The notes below the pieces were generated by a model. The model was given only the letters and a program-made list of their open reading frames with translations. It searched no databases and was not told the DNA's origin. The position numbers and the translations under genes were made by a program. A stretch of DNA of 64,000 nucleotides from the NCBI GenBank assembly GCA_964016885.1, contig OZ024741.1, forward strand, positions 84,506,001-84,570,000, in the 5' to 3' direction. Position 1 is the stretch's first letter. The number at the start of each line of letters is the position of its first letter. Shown one piece after another: positions 30,966 through 43,726 of this stretch. The DNA is from Eledone cirrhosa (lineage: Eukaryota).

Positions 30966-31318
30966 GTCAAAAATGTTTGACGAAAGAACTTTGTTAGATG
31001 ATACATATGTTTATATTTGTATCTGTATTTTTAACTGTTGGTCAATCAATGATAAACATTGATTGCCAGATAAATTAACTATGGAGATATAAAAGATACA
31101 GAAGCGAAAACCAACCCGAACCAAACAGTGAATGTGTTCTGTTATTATTTCTGGCAATATTATAACAATATTACCCTCCCCAAATATATATATATATATT
31201 CAAGCATAGCCAAAATCTCATTTGAGGGGCTGAATCGGCTTAATAAGTCAATTTTAACTTACATAATGCTCCAACCATTGTTTCTGAAACTCAAGTTACA
31301 ATATCGTGATGCAACGCT

Positions 31319-31370
31319 AAATTACTGTATGAAATTACTGTATGAAATTACTGTATGAAATTACTGTATG
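31319..31370. repeat. 13-bp tandem repeat (aaattactgtatg) x4
   Basis: Direct reading. Confidence 0.95.
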
Positions 31371-31745
31371 TTTCTACTCGATGTATGAGGACAATGCGAC
31401 GGGCTTATATAGCCGCTAGAAATAGCAGACAAAATCGTCTAAACAGCACAAACAATGATGGAGCAGTCAATATTAATTTATAACTCTATAAAGTTAACTG
31501 TCTCTAATGCGTAGGCATTTCTATGAAAGGGCAAGATATATTGATAAATTAATGAATTAATTATCCACTCAGAGAGGTATTAAAATATATTAAACTTAAG
31601 CAAGAATAACGAACGGACATATCCCGATAAAGTTATCTAAAAGAAAAAATTCACGAGTATCTTTCTCTGGGAGTGGTGTCCTACATATGATTAGTACAGA
31701 GTAAATTTAAGCAAAGAACTGCTGCTTTCACCCTATTACTGGATC

Positions 31746-31796
<51 letters not shown>

Positions 31797-32517
31797 CCAA
31801 AATATTGTCAGTAGCAACATGTCCGGCAGCAATTGTGTTATCTAGAAACTAAAATTATCTGCTCCTTACCACAAACAAGTTGACCAATTATGCTCATCTG
31901 TTAACAGCTCCTGAAACACTTATGCGTTCAGAGTTGGTTTCACTTACAAAACGACAGTGTGTTACTTTCAACATCTCATTTCATTCTTACGAGTCAAGTT
32001 TATTGAATTGATCATGTTAGATATACATTTCTCAATAAACAAATGCTCTCCTATCAGGATACTTCAGATAGCTCTCAAAAACTTCTCATAAATCCCATAA
32101 ATTATAGCAGTCAGTACACCTAATTGTTGAGAACTGTGTGAAGTAGTAATATTATAAATTTAACTCATCTCTTATTCGTCTAGCCACATCGATAATATTA
32201 TATATCTAATCAAGTGACATTTCAGAACACATTATTCGTGCGTTGTCTTTCCAAATGGAAGGGGAATTAGCGCAAAAAGGGGAAATAAATGTAAGAAATG
32301 GAAACATAAATAAACAACACAGAACGCAAAATCACCTTCAAGCTTCCACTACATTTTATCCGACTTCGATACGAATAGTAATATATATACGTATCAAACT
32401 TTAGTATTTATAGTGAGAACTGAAGAGGGGATATCGTTTTCTGTGATGTTTCTTTATGTATCACTGTTATATTTATTTTTTCCTATCCGCATTGTGATGC
32501 TTTTTTTAATTAATAAA

Positions 32518-32678
32518 TAATTGTTTCTACTTTAGGCACAAGGCCAGCAATGACCCATGCATCACTGGTACTTTATTTTATCTACCCCGTAAGGATGAAA
32601 GGCAAAGTCAACCTCGGCGGGATTTGAACTCAGATCGTAAAGGGACGTAACTATGCTGGAAAGCATGGCGTCCGACCG
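32518..32678 (-). mobile_element. tRNA-derived SINE, 5'-truncated
   Basis: Reverse complement of the common SINE. Confidence 0.9.
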
Positions 32679-32752
32679 AAAGGTATTGGAGCTGTGACCA
32701 TAACGGTGTTTGTTTTTTGTTCGCGTATCTAACATTACATTATTCCAATTTG

Positions 32753-33620
32753 TCTTCTTCTTCTTCTTCTTCTTCTTCTTCTTCTTCTTCTTCTTCTTCT
32801 TCTTCTTCTTCTTCTTCTTCTTCTTCTTCTTCTTCTTCTTCTTCTTCTTCTTCTTCTTCTTTTTGGTCCCTGGGTTTTGTCAGATGTAACTGTCTGCTTT
32901 TGACCTGACTGGATCCCCAAGCGAGACCACTCGAGCTCATGAATGTTCTACAGCTATCTACGTCTCCTAGTTTTACCCGTAAAATCTATCCAGCGATCCT
33001 TTCCTGTGACATTCTGATCGAAGCCGTGATCTCTCATTTGCGAAATGTAGAGGGTCTATCTGAAGCGACTCTTCGATCTCCGAACGACACGCTCTATCGA
33101 GTAACGTTACTCCCGAGACCCTTCGGAGAAACCTCTTTTCGCCTACTTGTATTCTAGATAGAATTCATTCGAGCATTACCCAAGATTCATGGCCATAGGT
33201 AAAGGCTGGCACGAATACAGAATTAAAGATAGCAAGTTTGGCTTTTACACCTACGTCTCTTCTGATGACTAAGTGCTGAAGCTAGCGCATGAAGGCACCA
33301 GCTCCTACAAGTCAAGCACTTAATTTAAAATTTTCCCTCTGCTCTTGTGAACACGGCCCCGAGGCACTTGAACTTCTCGAACTACTTAAGTGGAATTCTA
33401 TAGCACTGATTTTCATTCTTGTCGTACAACACTCGGCAGCAAACGTATCAAGTGCACTTCGACGATCACCTGCCGACGAGTTAAGTAATACCAGCCGACA
33501 ATCGTTCACCCACCAGTTATGGCACCACTTCCAACCACGTTGTGCATGTTAATCCTGTTCATGCAGATTATGAACAGAAGATGTGACAGAACGCACACTT
33601 GGCGGAGTCCAACACACACA
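32753..33620 (-). mobile_element. RTE-clade LINE 3' remnant with (GAA)n tail
   Basis: Minus-strand translation ALDTFAAECCTTRMKIS and KAKLAIFNSVFVPAFTYGHESWVM..FLRRVSGVTLLDR matches the RTE/Rex3-type post-RT region. Stops and frameshifts are present; ends in (GAA)n at 32753-32861. Confidence 0.85.
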
Positions 33621-34363
33621 TTTAATGGTTCCGAGCAGAAATAATTGGGCATCAGAGGAACAATGGGCTGTTTCATGTCATTGATTCTTTAAGGCGCAGT
33701 TCTATAAGGACTTGAAATCTATTTCTATATCTCATGTGGCTTGTGTTAGCGCTAACAGCAGTCACACATAGGCATAAAAAGGTCTATACATTTCCCAATG
33801 TAAATTTCACTCTAATTTTTGTTCTTCTTTTTCTCCACACGACCTAACCTCTTCCATTCCTTATACAATTTTGTTGCCTTAATATTTACAACTGCTCCTA
33901 CATTGAAGCGATTTCCAAGATATAACCACTTTTCATATCCCATAATGACAGAATATGGAAATAAACTGAAAGAGGGTTACGTAAATGCAAATTTCGAAGT
34001 CTAATCTTTCTTCCAGAATATCTGTTTTCCAGAGAAAACATCTAAGAAGAGTCATGTTTAAAATAGAGTAACATAATGCAGTCTATGAATGTATAGATAT
34101 GCAAGCGTGTAAGAATGTGTGTGTGTGTATATATATATATATGTGTGTGTGTGTAAGTGTGTGTCTTTGTTGTTTGACTGTACGAACTTATGAGGATATG
34201 TGTGTATATATGAGTTTAAGAGAGTGTGCCTGTTAGTTGTTAGTCCTTTCAGAGCTGACAGTGTAAATGTATAGGTGTGTTTGTTGTTGGGCAACATAAC
34301 GCTGTAACGGTGTATGTTTCTGGCCATAACAGAGCCATGGCAAGCTTGGCGTGCATAAGTGCG

Positions 34364-34451
<88 letters not shown>

Positions 34452-34799
34452 TTCTATTAAACTTATTTATACACACACACACATATATACACATAGCTTC
34501 GTACAAAAACATACACATACACACATACACACACACTATCTCTCTCTCTTTCACCCTCTCTCTCTCATCCGTTCTATATAGAAAATTCTTTTTTCCTTTT
34601 AAGCACGATATAAACGTCTTCGATCACATCCAACATAACCAACTAAACATAACCAACTAAACCAACTAAACTTCACATGCCAACGCTGAATTCAACAGTT
34701 TTCCAAGAGATGGCGATATATAATAGACCTGTTTTTCTTCAAAGAATTTTTTTTTTCGATTTTGGCATTGCTCACACTCTGCTACTTTTTTATTTCTTC

Positions 34800-34942
34800 T
34801 TTAATTTCTCTTCCTATTTTCTGAGGAATGACTAGTATCAGAAAAGGTAAGAGCATTTTTCTACTATACCGAGCGTAGAAATAATATTTAGTTTTTCATT
34901 GTATTGTGTCTGTTGCTTCGTTATTTCTTTTTACCTTTTGCA
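34800..34942 (+). mobile_element. PLE terminal-repeat fragment with degenerate hammerhead (core at 34821-34850)
   Basis: CTGAGGA-a-tga ctagta tca-GAAA aggta. Colinear with 56311-56450, and both end in gttatttctttttacctttt.cata followed by TA repeats. Confidence 0.6.
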
Positions 34943-35054
34943 TATATATATATATGTGTGTGGTGTGGTGTATGTGTGTGAGTGTGTGTGTGTGTTAACG
35001 TGAGTGTGTGCGTGCTGTATGTGTTTCTGTACATATATATATGTATATATGGGA

Positions 35055-35108
<54 letters not shown>

Positions 35109-35112
<4 letters not shown>

Positions 35113-35345
35113 CAGGAGGCTGTACTGGTGTAATTCCTTAAAAAGGTTTATTATACTGTGATCATTTCAATGACCGGGTTCAGTATGACATCATCAGGTA
35201 TTTGAAATATAACAATTTGTCTATTATATTCCTTTGTTATATTTCGAATACCTGATGTCACCGGATTCATACTGAACCCGGTCATTGAAATGATCATAGT
35301 ATAATAAACCTTTTAAGAAATTACACCAGTCCAGCCTCCTGTTAT
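35109..35345. repeat. Inverted repeat (~105-bp arms), each arm carrying a hammerhead motif
   Basis: Right arm 35248-35302(+): atac-CTGATGt..ccggattca tac tgaacccgg..-GAAA tgatca TA-gtat. Left arm 35153-35201(-) keeps CTGATGA but has a helix II deletion and CA instead of TA. Confidence 0.85.
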
Positions 35346-35353
35346 TTTATAAT

Positions 35354-35490
35354 AATTAACTCCGTACTCGCACCACCAACTACATAAACGAAGACGGGTG
35401 AGTTGCATTAGGTTGAGCGATCTCCATAATATTACACCGAGGTTAACCATACGGAATGACCAATTCTATCCAGTGGTGAATCAACAAACC

Positions 35491-35533
<43 letters not shown>

Positions 35534-35552
35534 ACTTTAATCTGTTATATTA

Positions 35553-35604
<52 letters not shown>

Positions 35605-35791
35605 TAAAATAACAGATTAAAGTTACTATATATATATATATATATATATATTTAGGTTTGTTGATTCACCACTGGATAGAATTGGTCATTCCGTATGGTT
35701 AACCTCGGTGTAATATTATGGAGATCGCTCAACCTAATGCAACTCACCCGTCTTCGTTTATGTGGATGGTGGTGCGAGTACGGATTTAATT
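35354..35791. repeat. Near-perfect ~440-bp palindrome centred on (AT)n
   Basis: tccgtactcgcaccacca..gaatcaacaaacctaaa(TA)n gtaactttaatctgtta.. mirrored around 35557-35600. Confidence 0.95.
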
Positions 35792-36052
35792 TGTTGGAAG
35801 TCCAACCAATATAAATGTTTATAACTGATTTAGAGCACTCAACGGTTTACTGGAGTAAATATTAAATGATATTAAATAAATGGAAACTATATTTATGAAA
35901 CCATATTTATTTAATTATATATATTTCAAGGGTACCAGTGAATTTCAAACCGACAAGGTATGATTTTCATAAAGGAAATGAATACAAAGAGTTTAAAACC
36001 GTTAAAACATGTTTATATAATTGTGCACCTATGTACGTTTCTCCCTGAGCGG

Positions 36053-36097
<45 letters not shown>

Positions 36098-36273
36098 GTT
36101 CAAGAGTAACCATTCTTATAGAGAGAGATGGAGATAGTAGAGGAGATATGAGAGGAGAGATTGGTGAGTTAGATAGAAGCCAAAGCGTAAAGGCATGTGC
36201 TCAATGTGCAATATGCAGTAGAAAGCAGCTAGGTGACTGGGTTCATGCAGAAGTTAGGTGCGCAGAGCTGGAA

Positions 36274-39200
36274 ATATTCATTAGTTAAGCAAAACAAGAC
36301 CACAAACTTCACAAGGAAGACATTATTAAAAGATTGTCAACATATTTTAGTTTGATGTAAGGAATGTAGAGTATAATAATAATAATAATATTAATAATAA
36401 TAATGTCCGTTTACAATTGTTTCGCTACTCCATATAATATTTCTGGATCAGATGACTCTATATCATAATTGATCTGGTTCAGTTGAAAATAATTAACATA
36501 TTTAAAAAAACAGCGTCGCTCATCGGAACTCAAAGGAATATAAATTAAAATATTGTTACATAATATAATGTTCCATATATTGGTTTTTACTATTCAACTT
36601 CGTCAGGAGCATTAAGTTCAAAAAGCATTATAGACACAGGAATAAATTCCTCACTACATTAGCAACAGCTATAAAAGAATTTAAAGATAGCAACCTCTTA
36701 CATGTTATGTCTGACAAAACCAAAAATCTATACACCATGACTCCTGAAACTTACAACTCTTTCCTTCTTAAAGAACTCAATAAAAACTATAAAAAAACTA
36801 CACCCTCCAGTGTAAACGTACTTGACCGAAAAGCCCAGGCTTTGGTTAAGAACTTGCATTTGGATAGATTTACCCACCTTTATGTACCAACAACCCCAAG
36901 GTTCTCTCTAAAGGAACACAAGCCAAACTTTATAGAGAACCCATCCATTAGACTCATAAGCCCAACCACATCTGACCTGGGCTGCATCAGTAAGAACGTC
37001 CTTGATAGGATAATCCCTGGGCTACGGGATGATACCACCTACAAGTTTTGGTCCAACACCGGCCAAGTCATGATGGTTCTCCGATCTAAGGTCCAAGCAA
37101 TCTATGAGGTTCATCCAATTTGATATAGACAGCTATTACGCGTCAATTCCCCCGGCACTGCTCAACAAAGCACTAGACCTAGCCACCACCAACTAGGACA
37201 TAACCAATAATGAGATGGCTAGGCAGACTATCATTGAATTCAACGGAGCACTCTGGACTAGAAAAGATAGAACAGACAACTTTGACATTACGATGGGCTC
37301 AAGTGACTCCGCGCAAATCACCGATTTAGTTGGGATTTACCTATTACGTAACATCAGAGTCGAAATCCTACCCACGCAAGGTGGAATATACAGGGACGAC
37401 GCCCTATTTGCGGTCCACAATTGCACTAATCGGGGAATCGATTTGCTAAAGAAACAATTTCATAGATTCTTCAAAAATAACGGTCTCTCTATCACCATCG
37501 AGCTGAACCATAAAGTAGTAAACTTCCTAGACGTCACCCTTGATCTCAACAATAACCTTTATAACCCTTACCATAAACCAGGTGAAATACTCACATATAT
37601 TAGCCCACACTCTAACCACCCACCGGCAGTCATCAGAGCAGTAATCAAATCTATCTCCTATAGGATCTCAATGCTATCAGCAAATGAAGAGATATTTATA
37701 ATCCACGCACAATATTATAATAAGGCTCTCTCTGAATCTGGTTATAAACAATCAATTTATTACATACCTAAATACCATAACACAGCAACTCACTAGAACT
37801 AGAAATACCTTAGCATATAGCCAGATTCGCCGGAATTTTAGCAGTAACAGCACCTATACAGGGAACTTTAATGGTGGCAGCGGCCTGCTCCCCACTCCAA
37901 GTAGCAAACTAAAAATCAACCCTAGAATAGGAATGAGAAATGGGATGACAAATAACAAATCCCCAGGTAATAATAACCCTAGGAAGGTCCCTACCAACTC
38001 CACTAGAACCCCTAGAAGGAATAGACCTAGAAATATCACCTGGCTCAACCCACCATTCTCATCTAATCTAGCCACTAATATCCCCAAACGCTTCTTCTCT
38101 ATCCTATCCAAACACCCCCCCCCCGCCAACCATAGATATTACAAACTCTTTAATAAAAATAACATTAAAATCTCATTCTCCACAACACCTAACCTAGCTA
38201 GCCACATCGCGTTCAGTAACCATCATAAACTAAGACACTATAACTCCCACACCGCGGTACCACCACCCCTATCAAATACACCACGCCACTACACCAATAA
38301 TTACTCTAGTAGCACACCTCCCCCATCTAATCCTTCTAGCACGGACCAACCGCTTAGGTTAAACAACCCTACTCTCACTAACCGCAGAGGCAACTGCAAC
38401 TGCCGTTACCCCAATGCATGCCCATTAAATGGACACTCCATGACACCCAAAATAGTCTATAGGTGCACGGTTGAGACTGCTTCGAATACCAGCTCTTATA
38501 TCGGATCTACCTCTAACCCTTTTAAGGTACGCTATAACGCGCACTCTTTTTCCTTCCGAGACCCTAACAACAGATGTTCGACATCGCTAGCTAGGCTCAT
38601 TAAAAAACTTAAATTAAACAACGTTCAACACTCACTAAAATGGGATATCGTAGCTAGGGCCCTACCGTTCAATGGACGAAGGAAATCTTGTGAACTCTGT
38701 GTTACCGAAGCATATTACATAACTCTATCACGACCTCTACCGATTAACGATAGAACGGAGTTAACCATTAGCTCTCAACATCGAAGGTCTAATTCCTTCG
38801 CCAATAGAGTTTTTGACCCAACTTAGTCATGTAGCCCCATTTATACTTGTAGCTAATAAGTTAAATTGCTATGAACAACTCGATAATTATAAGTTACCTC
38901 CCCTACATTGTCTCTCAATTAAAAAATTCAAAAACTACCACTTAACTCTAAATACTCACAATCTCTAATCTCTCGAGAAGTTACTTCCTCCTGAAACCAC
39001 CCTCTAATTAGTAAGGTAAATATGCCCTTTGGCAGCCATCTTGTTACCCATAGGCAGATCTCACACAATGCAGCCTCGACAGATGAATACGGCTTGATTA
39101 TGGCTGACAGCTGATGCAACCAAGACACCATAGTAAAAACCAATATATGGAACATTATATTATGTAACATTATTTTAATTTATATTCCTTTGAGTTCCGA

Positions 39201-39446
39201 TGAGCCACTCTGTTTTTTTAAATATGTTAATTATTTTCAACTGAACCAGATCAATTATGATATAGAGTCATCTGATGCAGAAATATTATATGGAGTAGCG
39301 AAACAATTGTAAACGGACATTATTATTATTAATATTATTATTATTATTCTCTACATTCCTTACATCAAACTAAAATATGTTGACAATCTTTTAATAATGT
39401 CTTCCTTGTGAAGTTTGTGGTCTTGTTTTTCTTAACTAATGAATAT
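36274..39446 (+). mobile_element. Penelope-like element (RT plus GIY-YIG, disrupted) flanked by ~320-bp inverted terminal repeats (36274-36593, 39130-39446)
   Basis: ORFs 36707-37123 (SDKTKNLY, HKPNF..PSIRLISP), 37215-37796 (FDITMGS.DSAQITDLVG, GIYRDD, NFLDVTLDL, SNHPP) and 37933-38826 (WLNPPFS, CNCRYPNACPLNG, IVYRC..YIGST..FKVRY..H, CELC). An inverted pLTR at the truncated 5' end is typical of PLEs. Confidence 0.95.
39194..39314 (+). ncRNA. Hammerhead-like motif with ~96-nt helix II and CCGAUGA core; inverted copy at 36409-36529(-)
   Basis: gtt-CCGATGA-gccactct..(96 nt)..ggagtagc-GAAAC aatt GTA-aac; helix III palindrome ACAATTGT. Confidence 0.65.
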
Positions 39447-39454
39447 ATATATAA

Positions 39455-39610
39455 AACAAAGGAAATGTGGTAAGGAACCAGGTGGACCATAACGCACCAA
39501 AGTACACAATACTTAGGGTAGTAGAGTGGGTAATAGGAACGAGTAGGACCCCGACGGCTGAGCTCAAGCCGTTTCAACGGCTAATTCTGGACTCAGAATT
39601 AGCCGTGGAA
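39455..39610 (-). repeat. PLE-end-like repeat bounded by (TA)n; copies at 43855-44008, 44227-44280 (inverted) and 54424-54497 (inverted, partial)
   Basis: gtggtaaggaaccaggtggaccataacgcaccaaagtac..ctgagctcaagccgtttc.acggctaattctggactcagaattagccgtgg shared. Confidence 0.85.
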
Positions 39611-39663
39611 TATATATATATATATATATATATTATTATGTAATAAACAACATAAGGCAATTA

Positions 39664-39723
39664 TTCCATTTACCAGTGGTTTCTTAAAAGCAAAAGGTTT
39701 TGCTTTCAATCCTCAGAATGGAA
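39664..39723 (-). ncRNA. Type I hammerhead ribozyme, intact core
   Basis: Reverse complement of the 43667-43726 motif. Confidence 0.85.
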
Positions 39724-39876
39724 AAATCCTGGTTTGTTTATTGAATTTGGATTTTAAAAAACAAAAATGCAATCTATATGAAAGTGAGGCTGGAGAAGGA
39801 AGAAGGAAAAAAAATAAAATAAAACTACACATGCAAACACACACACAAAAACACAAAAGCATACATACACACACAT

Positions 39877-39963
<87 letters not shown>

Positions 39964-40533
39964 CACATATATATAAAACATACACTTATATACACATCCA
40001 CATACATATACACATACATACATTCATACACACACACACACACACACACACAAAAATATATATATATACACACATATATATACATATATATATATATATA
40101 CACATATACACATACATATATATACATGTGTGTACAAGCATACACATACACAAACATAGCCATACACACACACATATACATACATACATTCACACAATCA
40201 TACATATATACATACGTACATACATACACATACATAAATGCACTCCTCTACATATTCACACACGCAAATAAATATAAGAAAAAATATATATATATTAAAA
40301 ACTTTTGACACCGTTACATAAGGCAGCTAACTGGATAGACACGCGTGGTAAGTAATACACACAAATGCACGTATACATACGTACGAAATCGTAAACACAT
40401 ACACACACTCTCACACATAAATATACATATACAAATACATAAACACATACATACACATACATGCACAAACACGCACACGTATACAATATATACACACACA
40501 TATGTATATGTAATTATATACACACACATATAT

Positions 40534-40572
<39 letters not shown>

Positions 40573-40575
<3 letters not shown>

Positions 40576-40755
40576 TTATCATCATCATCATCATCAACGT
40601 TTAACGTCCGTGTTCCACGCTTGCATGGGTTTGGACGGGGGTAGTCCCACTTGAGGCAAGAGTGATTGTCTTGTTGCATAGGACTGTCTGGCAGTTTTTC
40701 TACAGTTGGATGCCCTTCCTAACACCAACCACATTTACAGTGTGGGTCTGGGAGG
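40573..40755 (-). mobile_element. Second short retroposon family copy inserted in the left arm
   Basis: Homologous to 29303-29545; absent from the mirrored right arm. Confidence 0.8.
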
Positions 40756-40777
40756 TATACATAAATATAAACGCACA

Positions 40778-40813
<36 letters not shown>

Positions 40814-40844
40814 TATATACATACTCACGCATACATATACACAC

Positions 40845-40959
<115 letters not shown>

Positions 40960-41089
40960 TATACATATGCATACACATACACACACACATACATGTGTGT
41001 ATGTGTAAAACTCAGTCTTAGATAATTAATATGAACCTTACATATACGTATATATAGTAGTAAAGTAATAAAGCAACATAAGGCAATTA

Positions 41090-41147
41090 TTCCATTCACC
41101 AGTGGTTTTTTAAAACCAAAAATTTTTCCTTCAATCTTCAGAATGAA
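41090..41147 (-). ncRNA. Inactivated hammerhead copy
   Basis: CTGAAGA present, GAAA mutated to AAAA, cleavage triplet GTG. Confidence 0.7.
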
Positions 41148-41351
41148 AAAAACCTGGTTTATCCACATATACATACATATACACACACAAATATATACAT
41201 ATATATACACACATACACATACACACACATACATATATATATATATATACATATGTATATATATACATATATATATATATACACACAAATATACATACAC
41301 ATACACATAGGTATGTGAAGGGCAAGGCAAGAAGAATATATGGGGGGGGGG

Positions 41352-42130
41352 CATAAGACAAGGTAAAATATAAGGGGAGGTAAGGGAGAAAAAAATAATA
41401 TAAGTAAATATACAAGAGTACAGAACGTAGAATCAGCAAAATAAAAACCGTAGCAGAAGTAAAGAGCAGAGAAGGAGTCCAAGGCGGTTGATTTATCATA
41501 GGAGTGTCAATCCAGTTACAGATCAGATGCGATTTCAGATGAGGACAGCATCTGAAATCTCAGTCTTTGAGTTAAGGCAAGCGGAAGTGGCTCTCAAGTT
41601 TAGCAAAATCCTATACTTTTCTGTGGTACACAAAGAACAATTCTTTGTGCCCCTTTGGTACTCCCTCGAATGGTCTAATATAGACCAATCAATAGAGTAC
41701 GGGATGTTACTATCCTTAAGTTCCCACACCTTACTTGCGAGGGCCGTTGATGTTCGTTTATCGGAGTGCTTAAAAGAAGCGACATGTGAGTAAAATCTGG
41801 TTTTAAACCTGTCCTGGATCATACCGACATATCGCTCACTCCTGGCTGGCTGGTTGTTGATTACTGGTGTTATCTTAGTCTCATAAACGACAGATTTGGT
41901 GTTACATTTACCCTGCAACGGGCATTCATCCGGCTTCCTGCAACTGCATCCTGGATTTATTCTCGTACGGTTTGAACTGGTGATTTTGGACTTCATAGAT
42001 GGGCAACAAAGTAGCTGATCTTAACTACGTTCCTATTAAATATCTTATATCTATGATTAGGAGGAAAATGTTTGTCTAAAAGTTCAAGGAATTTCCTTCC
42101 TACATTAGTTTTGACAGTTAGAGAGAAGGG
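41352..42130 (-). mobile_element. Penelope-like element remnant (GIY-YIG endonuclease)
   Basis: ORF 41535-41996: CSCRKPDECPLQGKC, VVYE..RYVGMI..FKTRFYSH..SF, TALASKVWELK, CSLCTTEK, LNSKTE. Upstream reads [33 protein letters not shown]. Confidence 0.9.
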
Positions 42131-42356
42131 AGATTATTTGGTTCACCCCAATCACTCCCACCCCCATATATTCTTTTTGGCTTGCCCTTCACATACCTAT
42201 GTGTATGTGTATGTATATTTGTCTGTATATATATATATGTATAAATATACATATGTATATATATATATATATGTATGTGTGTGTATGTGTATGTGTGTAT
42301 ATATATGTATATATTTGTGTGTCTATATGTATGTATATGTGGATAAACCAGGTTTT

Positions 42357-42416
42357 TTTCATTCTGAAGATTGAAGGAAATTTTTTTTGCTTTTAAGAAA
42401 CCACTGGTGAATGGAA
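42357..42416 (+). ncRNA. Hammerhead copy with non-canonical GUG triplet
   Basis: tttcatt-CTGAAGA-ttgaagg..ttttaa-GAAAC cactg GTG-aatggaa. Confidence 0.7.
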
Positions 42417-42552
42417 TAATTGCATTACGTTGCTTTATTACTTTACTACTATATATACGTATATGTAAGGTTCATATTAATTATCTAAGACTGAGTTTTA
42501 CACATACACACATGTATGTGTGTGTGTATGTGTATGCATATGTATATATGTG

Positions 42553-42604
<52 letters not shown>

Positions 42605-42636
42605 TGTGTGTATATGTATGCGTGTGTATGTATATA

Positions 42637-42700
<64 letters not shown>

Positions 42701-42819
42701 TATTTGGTTGTGCGTGTTTATGATATGTACGTATTTGTATGTGTATAATTGTTTAGCTATGTATGTATATGTGTTTGTATGTACACGTATATGTGTGTGT
42801 GTGCGCGTTTATATTTATG

Positions 42820-42912
<93 letters not shown>

Positions 42913-43456
42913 GTGTGTATATATAATTACATATACATATGTGTGTGTATATATTGTATACGTGTGCGTGTTTGTGCATGTATGTGTATGTATGTGTTTA
43001 TGTATTTGTATATGTATATTTATGTGTGAGAGTGTGTGTATGTGTTTACGATTTCGTACGTATGTATACGTGCATTTGTGTGTATTACTTACCACGCGTG
43101 TCTGTCCAGTTAGCTGCCTTATGTAACGGTGTCAAAATTTTTTAATATATATATATTTTTTCTTATATTTATTTGCGTGTGTGAATATGTAGAGGAGTGC
43201 ATTTATGTATGTGTATGTATGTACGTATGTATATATGTATGATTGTGTGAATGTATGTATGTATATGTGTGTGTGTATGGCTATGTTTGTGTATGTGTAT
43301 GCTTGTACACACATGTATATATATGTATGTGTATATATATATATATGTATATATATGTGTGTATATGTGTGTGTGTGCGTGTGTGTATGAATGTATGTAT
43401 GTGTATATGTGTATGTATGTGTATGTGTATATAAGTGTATGTTTTATATGTATGTG

Positions 43457-43521
<65 letters not shown>

Positions 43522-43666
43522 ATGTATGCTTTTGTGTTTTTGTGTGTGTGTTTGCATGTGTAGTTTTAGTTTATTTTTCCTTTCCTTCTTCCTTCTCCAG
43601 CCTCACTTTCATATAGATTGCATTTTTGTTTTTTAAAATCCAAATTCAATAAACAAACCAGGATTT

Positions 43667-43726
43667 TTCCATTCTGAGGATTGAAAGCAAAACCTTTTGC
43701 TTTTAAGAAACCACTGGTAAATGGAA
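43667..43726 (+). ncRNA. Type I hammerhead ribozyme, intact core
   Basis: Helix I ttccatt/aatggaa (7 bp); CTGAGGA; helix II ttgaaagcaaaa-cc-ttttgcttttaa; GAAA; helix III ACCA-c-TGGT; GUA triplet. Confidence 0.88.

Noticed and set aside
32717-32940. Poly-S, poly-R and poly-E ORFs
   Set aside because: The (TTC)n tract is the tail of the RTE remnant.
37933-38826. Selenocysteine (in-frame UGA) recoding as in Naiad PLEs
   Set aside because: No in-frame TGA seen at the conserved Cys positions of the endonuclease remnants; the breaks are frameshifts or other stops.
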